Assembly (NCBI GenBank): GCA_963514005.1
Contig: OY740809.1
Location: 14,942,001-15,006,000, forward strand
DNA length: 64,000 nt
Origin: Raja brachyura
Lineage: Eukaryota
Direction: 5' to 3'
The position numbers and the translations under genes were made by a program. Positions 48,423-61,757 of this stretch are shown here, piece after piece; within the stretch, counting starts at the first letter, position 1, and the number at the start of each line of letters is the position of its first letter. A model generated the notes under the pieces. That model searched no databases and was not told the DNA's origin. It saw only the letters and a program-made list of their open reading frames with translations.

Positions 48423-49462
48423 CTAGACGAAGTGGGACCCATTGGGTCCCAGGTTCACACGGGAGGGTGCCCCCCAATATTCCACTTCTCCACCAATTCC
48501 AATATTGGTGGCCAGTGTGGGGTGGGGGGGGGGGGGGGGGTGCTGGAGTGCTAGCATGGGTGTTGTGGGTCAAGTCAAGTCAAGCACCGTGAGTGCAGGG
48601 CCAACAATCCGTTTCATGTCAAGTCAATCCATTTCAAGTCAAGCACAGGGCAGGCGAGCCAGCCAACAATACAATCCATTTGCTTTCATTTCAGGTGAGG
48701 GCAAGCAAAGCAAAAGCATAGGGCAGGCGGGGCCAGCCAACAATACAATCCATTTGCTTTCATTTCAGGTGAGCTCAAGCAAAGCAAAGGCAAAATAAAA
48801 GCACAGGGCAGGCGTGGCCAGCCAACAATACAATCCATTTACTTTCATTTCAGGTGAGCTCAAGCAAAGCAAAGCAAAAGCACAGGGCAGGCCAAACTCA
48901 TTTCATTTCATTAAGGACTAACAAATCATTTATTGCAAGCAAAAATCATCATTCATTGCAAGCACATTGCTGGCTAACAAATCATTTATTGCAAGCACAC
49001 TATGGTTAACAAATCATCATTCATTGCAAGCACATTGCTGGGTAACAAATAATTTATTGCAAGCACATAAAGCACATAACCACATAAAGCACATAAAGGG
49101 TAGACTCACAGTTCAGTAGACTCACAGCAGAATCAGAATAGTGGCTTCTCCCTCGCGATCAGAATGACTGACTCGCGTCTAGGCATCCGGGGTTTTATAG
49201 TCCTGCCCTCCATCTGGAAGGTGCGTTACCTTCATCATGGTGATCGACAGGCGAGAGGACCAATCAGCTGATCTCAAGATTTTTTAAATACTCATAACGT
49301 TTTTATTTTTCATTGAGCGGAAAAATCCTCGAGGCGGTCTCAGCGGAGGCAGACTGCGAGTAAGTTAGCCAAAAATCATAGCGATATGCAGTAACATTTT
49401 TTCTAAAAACAATATACAATGCAGTCAGGAAGTTGTCAAGATAAGACTTTTAGTATTATGGA
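48423..49462 (-). mobile_element. Non-autonomous Helitron with both canonical ends
   Basis: Minus strand starts A|TCCATAATACTAAAAG and ends with hairpin GGGACCCA-A-TGGGTCCC (48434-48450), 7 nt, then CTAG|T. No TSD. Internal ~80-bp and ~30-bp tandem arrays. Confidence 0.85.
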
Positions 49463-50309
49463 TATGCGGGGAGAGTTTAATGTTACAGAGAGTGGCAGGT
49501 GTTTGGAATGTACTGACAGGAGCGGTGGTTGAATTGGGTATGAGGATGCTCTTTAGGAGGCTTTCAGATAGGCACATGAATATGCAGGGAATGGTGGGAT
49601 ATGGATCATGTGCTGGCAGAGGAGATTAGTTTAATTTAGCATCAAGTTTGGCATGGACATGGTAGGCCAAAAGGATAGTCCCTGTGCTGTATTCTGCATT
49701 TTGTGTCGAGATAGTTAATATAAGTAACATTTCAGGTGGAGGATAAACCTCAGTCCACAATTTTATGGGCATGTTTGCCCTGCTCATTTTACATGCTGGT
49801 ATGTGTAATTAGAATTAAGTGTTGCAGCCCCACTGGCCATAAATAATCCATCCAGTTCTATTTATTCTCTCTATTGAGACATATGCATATAAAGCGTAAT
49901 CAACATTGCTGTGCCATATCAGGCTTGCACCAAGTCGTATGTAATTGGAAGTATTCTGCAGGACAAACTTTGATCTCACATAAGTCATCAGTGGCCTAAG
50001 ATGTGCCTAGTTGGCGCTGAACTGAAAAATATGCTTAGCTGGGCAACATAATGCACAGTAATTGGGGGAGGGGGTGGAAGAATAAATGGCTATGACATTT
50101 TCAGCAACTCATCAATGTTGAAGAATGTTTTTTATTCACTAATTAAATGTGACTTTTTCTTCCAAAGCTGAACTGCAGTTTCAGCTATTTGAACATGATC
50201 TGTATAAAGTACAACTGCTCCAAAAAAAAGGTATTTACATTGTCTGTGCACATTGCCTGGCTATTATAGTATAAGCAAATGGATATGTCCTTCCAGTCTG
50301 CCCTAAAAT

Positions 50310-50660
50310 CACTGGGACCTCTCTCTGACACCTCTATCCCTTTTCATGAACTCCCTGTCTCCATCACAGGGGACAGACCATAAGCGGGCATCTACTATAA
50401 ACCCACCAGCATCTACTCCCAAGATGAGGTTTCTATTTTACGACATCGTCATCTTTCTTTAGTAAACATATTTTCGCCCCTGCTGTTATAGATGGATCCC
50501 TCACCTTTGTCATCTCTAAGTGCAATAGTTCTGTTCTCACTCCCTCTCCCTTCAAGATGGACCGAGAATAGAGTTCCCCTTGTACTTGTCTTTCACCTCC
50601 ACAGCCTCGACATCCAACTCACCATTTTCCGACAGGAGAAGGAGATATAACACCTTCCCC
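50310..50660 (+). mobile_element. Degraded Penelope RT-region fragment (resumes ~51550-51595)
   Basis: LPF..L.VSITGD...IYYKPT and RVPLVLVFH-like motifs. Confidence 0.55.
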
Positions 50661-50689
50661 TATCCTTCCTCCTTCACATCCATCCATGG

Positions 50690-51548
50690 ACATGTATATT
50701 CATGATTTGGACGAGAAGGATTGAAGTCTTTGGGGCCAGGTTTGCGGATGATACAAAAATAGATGGAAGGGCGGGTAGTGTAGAGAAAGCATGGACTCTC
50801 CGGAATGACTTGGACAGGTGGGGGAGTGGGCAGAGAAGTGAAGTCATGCATTTTGGTAGTAGAAATAAAGGCATAGACTATTTTCTAAATCGGGAGCGAA
50901 TCCAGAAATCGGATGTGGAAAGGGATTTGGGAGTGCTGGTGCAGGATTCCCAAAAGCGTAATCTGCAAATCGAATCAGTAGTAAAGAAAACAAACTCAAT
51001 GCTGGCATTAATTATAAGAGGGCTTGTATACAAAAACAGGGATGTAATGCTGCGGCTCTATAAGGCATTGGTAAGGCCGCATTTCGAATATAGTGAGGAA
51101 TTTTTGGGCGGTATATCTGGAGTTTAGAAGAATGAGGGGGAACCTCATTGAAACATTCAGAATAGTGAAAGGTTTGGATAGAGTGGATGTGGAGAGGATG
51201 TTTCCACTAGTGGAAGAGTCTAGGACTAGAGGTCATAACCTCAGAATTAAAGGACATTTCTCATTATCTCCTTGCTAAAAGAAGGAGATAATGAGAAATC
51301 TACTTAGTCAGAGGGTGGTGAATCGTGGAATTCTGCCACAGAAGGCTGTGGAAGCCATCAGTACATATGTTTAAGGCAGAGATAGATAGATACTTGAATA
51401 GTACAGGTGTCAGAGTTTATGGGGAGAAGGCAGTAGAACGGGGTTAGGAGGGAGAGATAGGTCGGCCATGATTGAATAGCGGAGTAGACAGGATGGGCCG
51501 GATGGCCTATTTCTACTCCTATCATTTATGACCTTATGCCTTTATGAC
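50690..51548 (+). mobile_element. CR1 3' fragment
   Basis: RFADDTKIDG, ERDLGVLV, LYKALVRPHFEY, SRTRGHNLRIKG and an (ttatgacc)n tail. Confidence 0.85.
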
Positions 51549-51817
51549 TCCAGCACTCCTTTCAGGTAAGACAGAGGTTAATATGCACCTCTTGTGACCG
51601 TACCTCATTCCCATCCAGCTGTGAGCCACTTTCAAGCATCCATGTACCTGCACTCCTGGATCCCGCTGCTCTAAAACAGTCCCCAGTGCTCTACCATTAT
51701 CTGTGAAGGTCCTGCCCTGATCCGTTCCTCAGCCCACCCAATCAACTGATCAAGATCTTGCTGCAAATGTTGATAATCTCAATAAATGTGGGCCTGGAAA
51801 GTACTGTACACTTCAGG

Positions 51818-52336
51818 GAGGGTTGCCAACTGTATCGTATTAGCCGGGACATCTCATATATTGGGCTAAATTGGTTTGTCCCATATGGGACCGCCCATGT
51901 CCCTTATTTGATTGCTACTACTCGGGTCGGGGGGACTGTCGGGTCGGAGCACCCGGACTTGCCTCACCCCTCCCGACGTAGTGCAGCCCATGGGGTGCAG
52001 CAGCAGCATATTGCCCATGGCTCCATCAGTCAGCAGCCCGGCCAGCTGTCCGAACTTTGGACCTTCGCTTACCGCGGACACCACCACCCCTCCTTCTCTT
52101 AGCCGATCATCGGTTCATCAGTTGGATGGGGTGCCAGACTTCGCGCACGACATCGCGGGACCCTAGTCAAAACTCCTAGACTGGCCCGCTGGCTGGGTTT
52201 TGTGTGCAGTCCAGCACACAGGCCAATTCTTCGTTCACCAGCCACGGCTGAGTCCGACTACGAATTGCCATCGCGAATTTGTCCCTTAGTTTGACCTTTT
52301 GTCCCTTACTTGGGAGTGAGAAAGTTGGCAATCCCA
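51818..52336. mobile_element. hAT-type MITE
   Basis: TIRs gagggttgccaact / agttggcaatccca; perfect 8-bp TSD acttcagg (51810-51817, 52337-52344); subterminal gtccc/gggac repeats. Confidence 0.85.
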
Positions 52337-52419
52337 ACTTCAGGTGTTGTACACTTAATGTACACAGGATAAATAGAAAATTCTTCTTCTCGTAGCTTAA
52401 TCAAGTAAAGTTGGATGAT

Positions 52420-52835
52420 GAGACTGCAGATAATGGAATCTGAAGCAACAAACAATCTGTTGATACACAAGGTGCTGATGTGACTCAGCGGGCCAGACAG
52501 CATCTCTGGAGAACATGGGTAGGTGATGTTTTGGGTCGGGACTTTTCTTCAGATTCTGAGTCACCCAAGTCATCAATTCTCCATCAGATGCAGTCTGACC
52601 CACTGAGACTCCAGCACATTATGTCCTGTTTTGTAAACCAGCATCTGCAGTTCTTTGTGTTAAAAACAATCTGTTGGAGGAACTCGATGGGTGAGGAAGC
52701 ATCCGTAGATGGAATGTACAGTCAATATTTCTGATTCAGACCCTTCATTTGAACTGATGAGTCACATCCCAAAACATGATCTCATTCCATGAATGTTGCC
52801 TAAACTGCTGAGCCCCTGCGGTCAATTGTTTTTTG
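52420..52835. mobile_element. Nested degraded Penelope terminal-repeat palindromes
   Basis: Inner palindrome ~52463-52660 lies inside an older arm pair; aacaatctgttg is duplicated at its borders. Confidence 0.6.
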
Positions 52836-53131
52836 CATCAATTGAAGCTGGTTGTGGTCCTACAAGGAACAATAACAAGTATTTAAGCACACTGGACACT
52901 TACACATAATGATTTGATATGTAGGCTATTTATGGGATTTTTCATTAGTAATATAGATTAAAAATGAAGCTTTTGAAGGGATTGATATTGGATTTATACT
53001 GCAACACACTCTTGGTGATACATTATTAACCTACTCTTTTAGACAGTCAAAGGTACGCATGAAATTTGTGTTTCTATCTTATTATTGTGTTTGCAGAAAA
53101 GATGCGACATTGTATAAGTGAGAAGCTTTAA

Positions 53132-53719
53132 GGGCCTGTCCTACAAGCATGCAACTCTATGCGATTAGCGCGACCAAACGTGGTTGCTTGAGCCGTCCGG
53201 CGTTGCAGGGCCGGTCCCACTTCGATCGCCGGAGCCGTGCGGAATTGTGCGGAGTTCGTCCCGAGTTCGTCCCGACACCGCGCAGGGCTCCAAAAAACTG
53301 ACTATGTCCAAAAATTCCGCGCGGCAACGGCTTGTCGGCTCGCAGTCGCCTCGACGCATTACAGACCGCCCCGACATCGTGCCTCCGTGAACCTATCTGT
53401 AGGTGCCTCCGTGACCCTCTATGTGTGTGGCTCCGTGGCCCTCTGTGTGTGTGTGCCTCTGTGCCCTTCTCTGTGTGCCCCTCTCTGTCCTGGCGAACTT
53501 ATCTTAGACTTCGCTCCAAGTTCGCCTCACTTTGCGCCGCGTTGCGCCACTCACCTGACCTCCGTGCAGCCCCTACTGCCGGTTTGGTTGCGCTTGCCGC
53601 ATGCAGGCGCATGCTGGTGGGAACGGCCCTGTACAGGGGATCACTCGACCTCCGCGCGGCCCCCGCTTCTAGTTTGATCGCGTTCATCGCATAGAGTTGC
53701 ATGCTTGTAGGACAGGCCC
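53132..53719. mobile_element. GC/CpG-rich MITE, TTAA-flanked (copy 2, inverted relative to copy 1)
   Basis: TIR gggcctgtcctacaagcatgcaactctatgcgat / atcgcatagagttgcatgcttgtaggacaggccc; TTAA at 53128-53131 and 53720-53723. Confidence 0.88.
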
Positions 53720-55759
53720 TTAACTTTAATTTGAACCCATTTATTACAATCTGGCTAAAAATGCATCTAAGGAGCTTTGGGCAGCTGTTAATTCCACAAC
53801 ATTTTTTAAGCATCAGATACATCATTAGAGAGCCAGGTGGCTGAAGAAATTTGCCCAGAGAAGCAAAGCAATTGAGAAATCCCTAGAACTCCATTTATGC
53901 TTGCTGATTTTGAAGTGTACACGTGTGGCCTTGGGGTTTGCACCATATTCCGTCCAGCGTGCCTGTGGAAATTGGCACAAGGCAAGGCAGAGGGAAGTCA
54001 ATTTGAAACTGAAACTAAGCAGGCACTTTAATCCTTCAGTGCAGTCCAGATTCAGTTTGCCAGCCACCAGTGCTTGCACTTGGCACTAACCTTAAGCCAA
54101 AGAGTCATGGCCACATTCACAGATGGAGCTGTTTGCTGCAAACTCAAATTCAAACCCAGTTTCACCTATTTTAACTTAAAAGTGGTAGGAATGGAGAGGC
54201 AGAAAATAACCAAATGCACATTTTGGCTGTAAACAGAAAATAATTTTAATTGTGGGTTACTGCACTGCTAGCGGTAGCCCTGAAGTTCCTCCTGAGAGGG
54301 ATTTGAAGGCTCGATGACTCTGTGGTGGGCAGGACATCCGCACTGCTTCCTCATGTTTTTTTTGTTTGTTCTTCCCATAATTGCCAAAAATTAGAACCTT
54401 AAATGTGTGAGCTTCAAACGAGGAAAATTCCGACTGAATTCCTGTACAAATCCCGAGCAAGATCACCGTAACTAAAACACTCATATTTGCCAGAGAAAGT
54501 AATTCATTTCAAATTAATTGATTTCAAATTGGCAGAACACATTAGTATTTTCCAAACTGATCTCACTGGCCTCCGTGTCCTTCTTCTTGGAGAATACTGA
54601 TGCGCAAAGTTCTTATTTAGTACCTTGCCTTCATCCTCTGACTCCAAGTACAAATTCCCTCCTTCATCCTGAGATTCAAGTGAAAAGTAACTGTTGAACC
54701 TCATCAGATGTGATTTGGGCCTTTTGGCTGGAATCCCATGTTCCTGCTTGTGTTTCAAGTTGTATGGTATGAGCAGCAAAATAATTGCCTCTTTATTTTC
54801 CTACAGTCTCTACTGCTATTAACTGGCTACGACTATACTTGCAGCTAGTAAACAATCAGAGATGCCAAATGCTTACATTTTTTTTACAGAGATACTGATT
54901 ATGGTGCATGAATGACATTAATGTTTTCGCATAACTTGGTAATATTATTTGCCACCACCCTCTTTAATCTTTCCTTCATCAGATCTCCAGTCTTTCTCAT
55001 CTATGCATGCGTTGTTTGGACAAGTAGAAGCGAATATTGCAATTTAAGTATATAGATTTCAAAACCAAATTTGCATTTTTGCAAATAAATTTGTGAATTT
55101 TCCTTCAAGAAATGAAGTGGGCCAGGGGGCTAAGAATATTACATTTTTAAGACCATTTGACCCAATAAATCAGTTCTGCTGATAACAATCCTCAGATCAG
55201 TTGATAAGTTGCCTCTCGCAAGGACAGAGATTTTGTGGCATGAAGGCGAATGATTGTCAATGAACAGTGAATAATCAATATGTACTTTGGAAAGAAAGAG
55301 TAAGTTGTGGCCGCCTTATCTATTAAACCAAGGTGACATTGTTTTTGTAGTATCTTAACATAATCTTGTATAAGATATCAATCTACAACTCCTTGTGTTG
55401 CTGGGTTAGTTTAATAAAATAAACTAAACGATCTGTAGATAGTTTTAATTGCTTTAATCTTCGACTGTTTAGAAATTAAGCATAAAATTGAGCTCTAAAT
55501 AAATAATACATTAGGAAGGCAGTTTATTTGGATGTTACTTTAACCATGATAAATACACCATATGATTCAACATTTTACATGTTCGTACAATTGAAAGGCG
55601 TTGTTTGTCTCCCCTCATTATCACCTCCTCCGCAGCCAACAATGGACCATTGTGGGTTTTTGGTCATCAGTACTGGCTCTGATCCTTTTCATACCTCTAG
55701 TTTCCCTCTTCCCTGATGCACAGTCTGAAGAAGGGTCTTGTCCCAAAACATCATCTATT

Positions 55760-57135
55760 CAGTTTAGTTTAGTTTATTGTCACATGTACCAAGGTACAAC
55801 AAAAAGCTTTTTGTTGCGTGCTAACCAGTCAGCAGAAAGACTATACATGATTACAATCAAGCCCTCCATACCGTACATGATAAAGCAAATAATGTTTATC
55901 GCAAGATAAAGTCCAGTAATGTCCAATTTAAAGATAGTCCAAGGGTCTTGAATGAGGTAGATAGTAGCTCAGGACTGCTCCGTTGCCTGATAACTCTTGG
56001 GAAGAAACTGTCTCTGAATCTGGAGGTATGTGTTTTCACACCTGTACCTCTTGCCTGATGGGAGAGGGGAGAAGAGGGAGTAATTCGGGTGAGACTAGCC
56101 CTTGATTATGGTGGTCTTGCTGAGGCAGCATGAAGTGTAGATGGAATCAATCGAAGAGATGTTGATGCATATGATGGTCTGGGCTGCATCCACAATTCTC
56201 TGCAATTTCCTGAGGTCGTGGATGGAGCTGTTCCCAAACCATATTGTGATGCATTCCAATAAAATGCTGTCTACAATGCTTCTGTAGACGCTTGTAACAC
56301 AATGTATTAGGTCCTTTAGTATCAGCTGGCTTGCGGCTCACTGTGTTTCAATGAGGCTGGCAGGATGTTGGGAGCTCTGTGGTTGCAGGAGGCAAGTGTG
56401 ACTACTTGTATTGTGTGAGAGCTGAATGTGAGCCATGGGCCCCAAGAATAGTCTGTTCCAATGCACTCCAATTATTTCAAAAGTTTCAAAGCTTTCAAAA
56501 GTTTCTAAGGTGTTTTATTGTCATGTGTACCAATTAAGGTACAGTGATAGGTGAACTGCCATAAAGCCATACCAAAAAAAGCAACAAGGCACACAACAAC
56601 ATAAAAGTTAACTCCTGTGGTTTGGAGCTCTCAAAGTCGGTCTCTAACCAGAGACCGTGGGCTTCACGATGAATACATTTCTGCTTGTCAAACCTGCATT
56701 AGAACTCAGTTGTTGGTCAGCTGACAATTGTCCAAAGACCGGGGGACTTTCCACTTGTAACTGGTGATTTCTTGCAAGCCCTTCCAAACTGAAGAAGAGT
56801 CACTAGCTGAGAACTTGCTCCTGAACTTCTCAGAGTACCTTTCCTTGGCAGCTCTGATTCCTCTTCTCAGCTTGTACTTTGTCCGCCTGTAGAGGTCTGC
56901 ATCCCTGCTCCTGTCAGGTTCCTCTTTAGACTGTCCGAGCTGTCTGAGTTTTGCAGTTAACCAGGGCTTGTTATTATTGAACCAGGTCCGGGTTCTGGTT
57001 GGAATGCAACTGTCGTCACAAAAGCTGACATATTATGATACAGTGTGTATACTCATCGAGGCTTGTGGTTGCTTCCCTGAACACATTCCAATCTGTGCAG
57101 TCAAAGCATGATTGTCTGGTTCTCAATGCCCTTGC
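55760..57135 (-). mobile_element. Rex1/Babar and L2-like LINE fragments
   Basis: QSCFDCTDWNVFREATTSLDEYT and NNKPWLTAKLRQL (Rex1 linker); 3' fragments with (tttag)n and (tttcaaa)n tails. Confidence 0.65.
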
Positions 57136-59144
57136 CTGCATACACCACCTGCATACCCCACACAGACAGCACCAGAGAACAGGGTCTCTGGTGGTGTGAG
57201 GAAGTTGCTCTACCAGCGGTGCAACATTGCCCTCAAATTGCATGGAGGGCAGGTGTAGACCTCATTGGGTAAATGTTGTGGAGGCAGGAGGATAGTGGAA
57301 GAGTAGCAACCTACAGGATTATACTGGGGTACTGACTTTAGATGATCAGCCATGATCATAATGAATGGCGGTGCTGGCTCGAAGGGCTGAATGACCTACT
57401 CCTGCACCTATTTTTCTATGTTTCTATGAAGTCCACGGTAGAGCTCAGAGATCGATCCCTGGCAAAGGGATTACATAGGCTCCGCGATGTTAAGTTCGCA
57501 GGCACCCGCGGTGGAGCTCTCGAAGTCGATCTCCAGCAAACGCCGCCAACTCCTTGATGTTAGCCTGCAGTGCGGACGGAAATATGATACGGATGAGGTA
57601 AGAGATTAGAAAAATGATACCCGTTGAGGTAAGAGATTAGAAAAAGTTTCCCCCAACTGTTTCCCCCCACCCCCCACATAAAACAAGGTAAAGAACATTA
57701 GAAACATACATTTAACACATACTAAAAAAACAACAAAGAAGAAAGGACAGGCAGACTGTTGGCGAGGCTGCTATTGCTATCTAGAGTTTTCCAACTGCAA
57801 CTCGCAAACCCACAGCCTCTACTTCCAAAAAAGGCAAGAGTAACAGGTACATGGGAACACCAACTCCAAGCTCCACTCTAAGTTCTACATCATCTCGACT
57901 TGGAAATGTATCGCATTCCCTTTATTATCACTGGGTCTAAATCTTGTAACTCTGGCCCAACTAAACACTGTGGGAATTCACCAAAACATAGAACATAGAA
58001 CAGCCCGGCTCAGGAACAGGCTCTTCAGCCCTCAATGTCCACTCGTTATGTTTTGAAGTGTTGCGTGAAGTGAAATATAGTATTGATTTAATAACTGTTG
58101 TACATAACCATATTTTCTTCATGATTGTGTAATGGTTTTAATAATCTGAAATAGGCTTTTATCCTTCATTCTTGGAGGGAGATGAAATATTGTTGGTGAT
58201 TCCATAAACCGTATCAACTATTCACTTCTCGTGCCAGTTTGTTGATTAAAATTAGCGGTGCCAGAATTTATAAATTGATGAATTAATTTGAAGGATTCAG
58301 GAGGATGAACTGCAAACAAAAACGACGTTAAAATTCTTAGCCTCCCAGTAATCGACAATTTACTTTTTATTCTGTCTCCAGGGTTTTCTTGCTCTCCTAT
58401 CTTTGAGGCTTTCCAACCCAGGTCGTGGTTTAGCTTTGACTGTATTTATTTTACCTGGCCTTACTTTGAACTTACTGTGCATGCGGCTTCAGCATTTCTG
58501 AATGTGAGTGTATGTGAATGTGAGTGTACCGTTAAGGGCAGTCTTTACCAGATGAAGTGACTTTTGGTTGAATTAGCCGCAATTTTTGTTGTATTAGCCA
58601 CAACGATTAGTTGAGCTTTAACTACCTTTAATAATGGACATTTTGTTGGCAGCTCTAACCTTGCTTTGAACAGCAGCACAAATGAGTTTGAGGACTCTGC
58701 ACTGCTTCCTATCATTTGCCCTTGAAAACATTCTTGATCAATATGTCATTTCAGTTAAAAGCTGTTTCTGTTTATCTATTCTCTACACATTTTGCTTTGG
58801 CTTATATCTTCTTTGTGATATGTTTGTTCCTTCATTACAGATCCAGATGATTATTTTACTGATGAAACTAGATCTGCGGGTTGTTGGCAAGGTGGGCATT
58901 TATTGCCCATTCCAGATTAGCTTCAGGGGAGCAGTGGTGATTGTCCTCCTTGTACAGTTGCAGGTGATGAAGCTGCTTCCACGGTGCTGTTGAATTGGCA
59001 GTTCCTAAGATAATTCTCATTGCAGTGATAAGGAAATAATATTCTGCTTCCAAATCACAAAATTGTGTGAATTGATCAGGTATGTGAAGTTGGAAGTGCA
59101 CCCATGTACCCATATCATTTGGCATTTTAGGTGGTGAGACTAAT

Positions 59145-59672
59145 GGGAGAGTCTAGGACTAGAGGTCATAGCCCAGAATAAAAGGACGTTCCTTTAGGTA
59201 TGAGATGAGGAGTAATTGTAGTCAGTTAGAGGGTGGTGAATCTGTGGAGTTCCGTGCCACAAAAGGCTGAGGAGGCCAAGTCAATAGATATTTTTTAAGG
59301 CAGAGATAGATATATTCTTAGACATAAAATGCTGGAGTAACTCCGCGGGACAGGCAGCATCTCTGGAGAGAAGGAATGAGTGACGTTTCGGGTTGAGACC
59401 CTTCTTCAGAGTAGCCAGAGGAAAGGGAAACGAGAGATATAGTATCTCTTGTTTCCCTTTCCCCTGACTCCTATATCTCTCTCCTCCCTTTCCCCTGAAA
59501 CCAGCATCTGCACTACCTTCCTATACAGAGAAAGATTCTTGATTAGTACGGGCATCAGAGGTAATGGGGAGAAGGCAGGAGAATGAGGTTAAGAGGGAAA
59601 GATAGATCAGCCATGATTGAATGGTGGAGTAGATTTGATGGACCGCAAGTCCTAATTCTGCTCCTATCACTT
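59145..59672 (+). mobile_element. CR1 3' end interrupted by a Penelope terminal-repeat insertion (~59320-59526)
   Basis: CR1 SRTRGHS and 3' UTR; the insert carries an intact minus-strand core ctgaagaagggtctcaacccgaaacgtc (59382-59409). Confidence 0.75.
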
Positions 59673-61757
59673 AAGAGCATGGTGATGTTTTGATTTTGTG
59701 AGGTGCTATTAACAATGCCCTGGTGGATTGCTGCAGTTCATTTTGTAGGTGGTTCACATTGTAGCCACAATGCCCCAGTGGTAGACGGTTTTGATCACGG
59801 AAAAGAATCAAATGAAAATTTAGTTTATTCTTCAATGCTGCATTTGGCTCTTGATAATTTGGGTTATTTTAATGCTTATTGAATGAGATGGAATAATTCA
59901 CTCATCATACTTGGCATGCTGATTGTAAAATCAGTTTATTAATCTAAGTTTCACCCAATAAATATATCCCCTTTCAAATGAACAGTGAAGCCAGTGAGAA
60001 AGAAGGTAACTTTGAGTAGGTCATATGTGTTGGTACCTAAGTGTTTTAAGGCTACCTTTAAGGTAAATGAGATAGGACTTTATTTTTCACTGCAGTGGCT
60101 GTAAAAGGAGTAACATATAAAAAACTAGCTACTGAGCCAAGACAAGGGTGTGTGCCCATTTCATTTTTAGCTTTTATTTCTGCATATAATGTGCATACAT
60201 GATAATTATAAATGACTTTGTTGTGCCATGGCAACTAAAAATTGCAATGTGAAGATCATAATGTTTTTTTAGTGTCTTCAAATATTATGATCTCGTCCAT
60301 GGCAATTACTTTTCATTTATTTTTAGATTCATGGGTAATGTAGAATGACATTTGATGGATGAAGGATTTGAATCCAAATTTAAGGATCAGCAAGTAGGAT
60401 TGCATGCTCAGTCGCTGAATTGTTCTGGGGATTTGAGCAATAGAGTGGGTTGGCTGTGACCTTTCATTACTAGAACTTAGATTTGGACCCAGATCAAAAT
60501 GTTGAGAAGAAATAGCTTAACTTTTTATTTATGAGAGCTTAAGTTAGATGCCCACTTATGCTGTGGCTACAGTTGTTACATAACATGAGCAGTGCAAAAC
60601 TGCTGCAAACTCTCATTCAAATTGCCATGAAATATAACAATATTAAAGATAATTAGGGAGTTAGGGAGTTTTCAGTCAAGATCAAAAATCAAAGTGAGAA
60701 GAGAATCTGGATCTTAATGACGTAATTAAACACAAGCTGTCTCAGCAAGGCCAAGTACTCATTAGAAAAGATTGGAGTAATATAGATGCTGTTATATTTT
60801 TATGGAAGATGATAACCTAAGTAAAATGTAGGGCACACCATCACCTCATGGAAAGGAGGGGACTAATGGTTTGATATGGAGGGCTGGAAAGTTCATCCAC
60901 TAATGAATTCTGCAGAGATTCACTTATCCACATAACATCAATTATTATTCTGTCAGAGCAGTGGGAGTGCTCAGTTGTGCCAGTTTTTACATGCAACCAG
61001 CTTCCACCAATCCCATCGCCTGAAGCAAATTGCTTCTCAGTGATAAATGAAGCTTATCTCTTGCAGGTAAACATTAATTAATTGGAATCAACCTGTGGTT
61101 CATTTGGTCGTCCGTTTCAAATGACTAATCCAGAGTGGCTGCCTTTAGACTATCAGCAAGATATATCCAAGGGGCATAGTATAATGAGACTAAATTATGT
61201 TTCCTATGGTGCCCAGTGAGCACTGATATAACACAAAGCAATCTTGTGTTTTTCTCGTATTCAGTGCACAATTCGAATGTTACTTGGATCTTAAGATCAC
61301 CTGTTGCCCTGCATTGTCATTGCTTGAAGGGAACTTGGTTATGTAGGCCCCTGGTCTTACAGTCCTATGTCTGGAGGAGCATCTGAACCTGCACTCTACC
61401 TGCCCTAATCATACTTACTGAGCTCTGGCAACCAATTCATGGTCTGACCACTACTCACCATCCCCATTATCAATCCCTAGTAGCCAACATGTCACACTTC
61501 AAACTTCTTCCGATTAGTAAATGTAATAGCATCTTACACATTTTCAAGACTAATCAAAGGCTTTTCCAATTGCTTATTTTAAAGTGATAGCTACCTTCTA
61601 AGTAAATTACTGTGTTACATGTCTTTTAAATGAATAAGAATACTTCTGAACTTGCAACAGGAGAAATATCCCTGCAGAGCATAATGCCAATGTAAACTAA
61701 CCACCTCCTCATTCAATGGTTTTTTATTGTCACATGTACAGTGAATTTTTGTTTTGC

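Noticed and set aside
58382-58503. Possible exon (strong acceptor at 58381, gtgagt donor at 58504)
   Set aside because: 122 nt with one open frame but an unrecognisable peptide; not supportable without RNA data.
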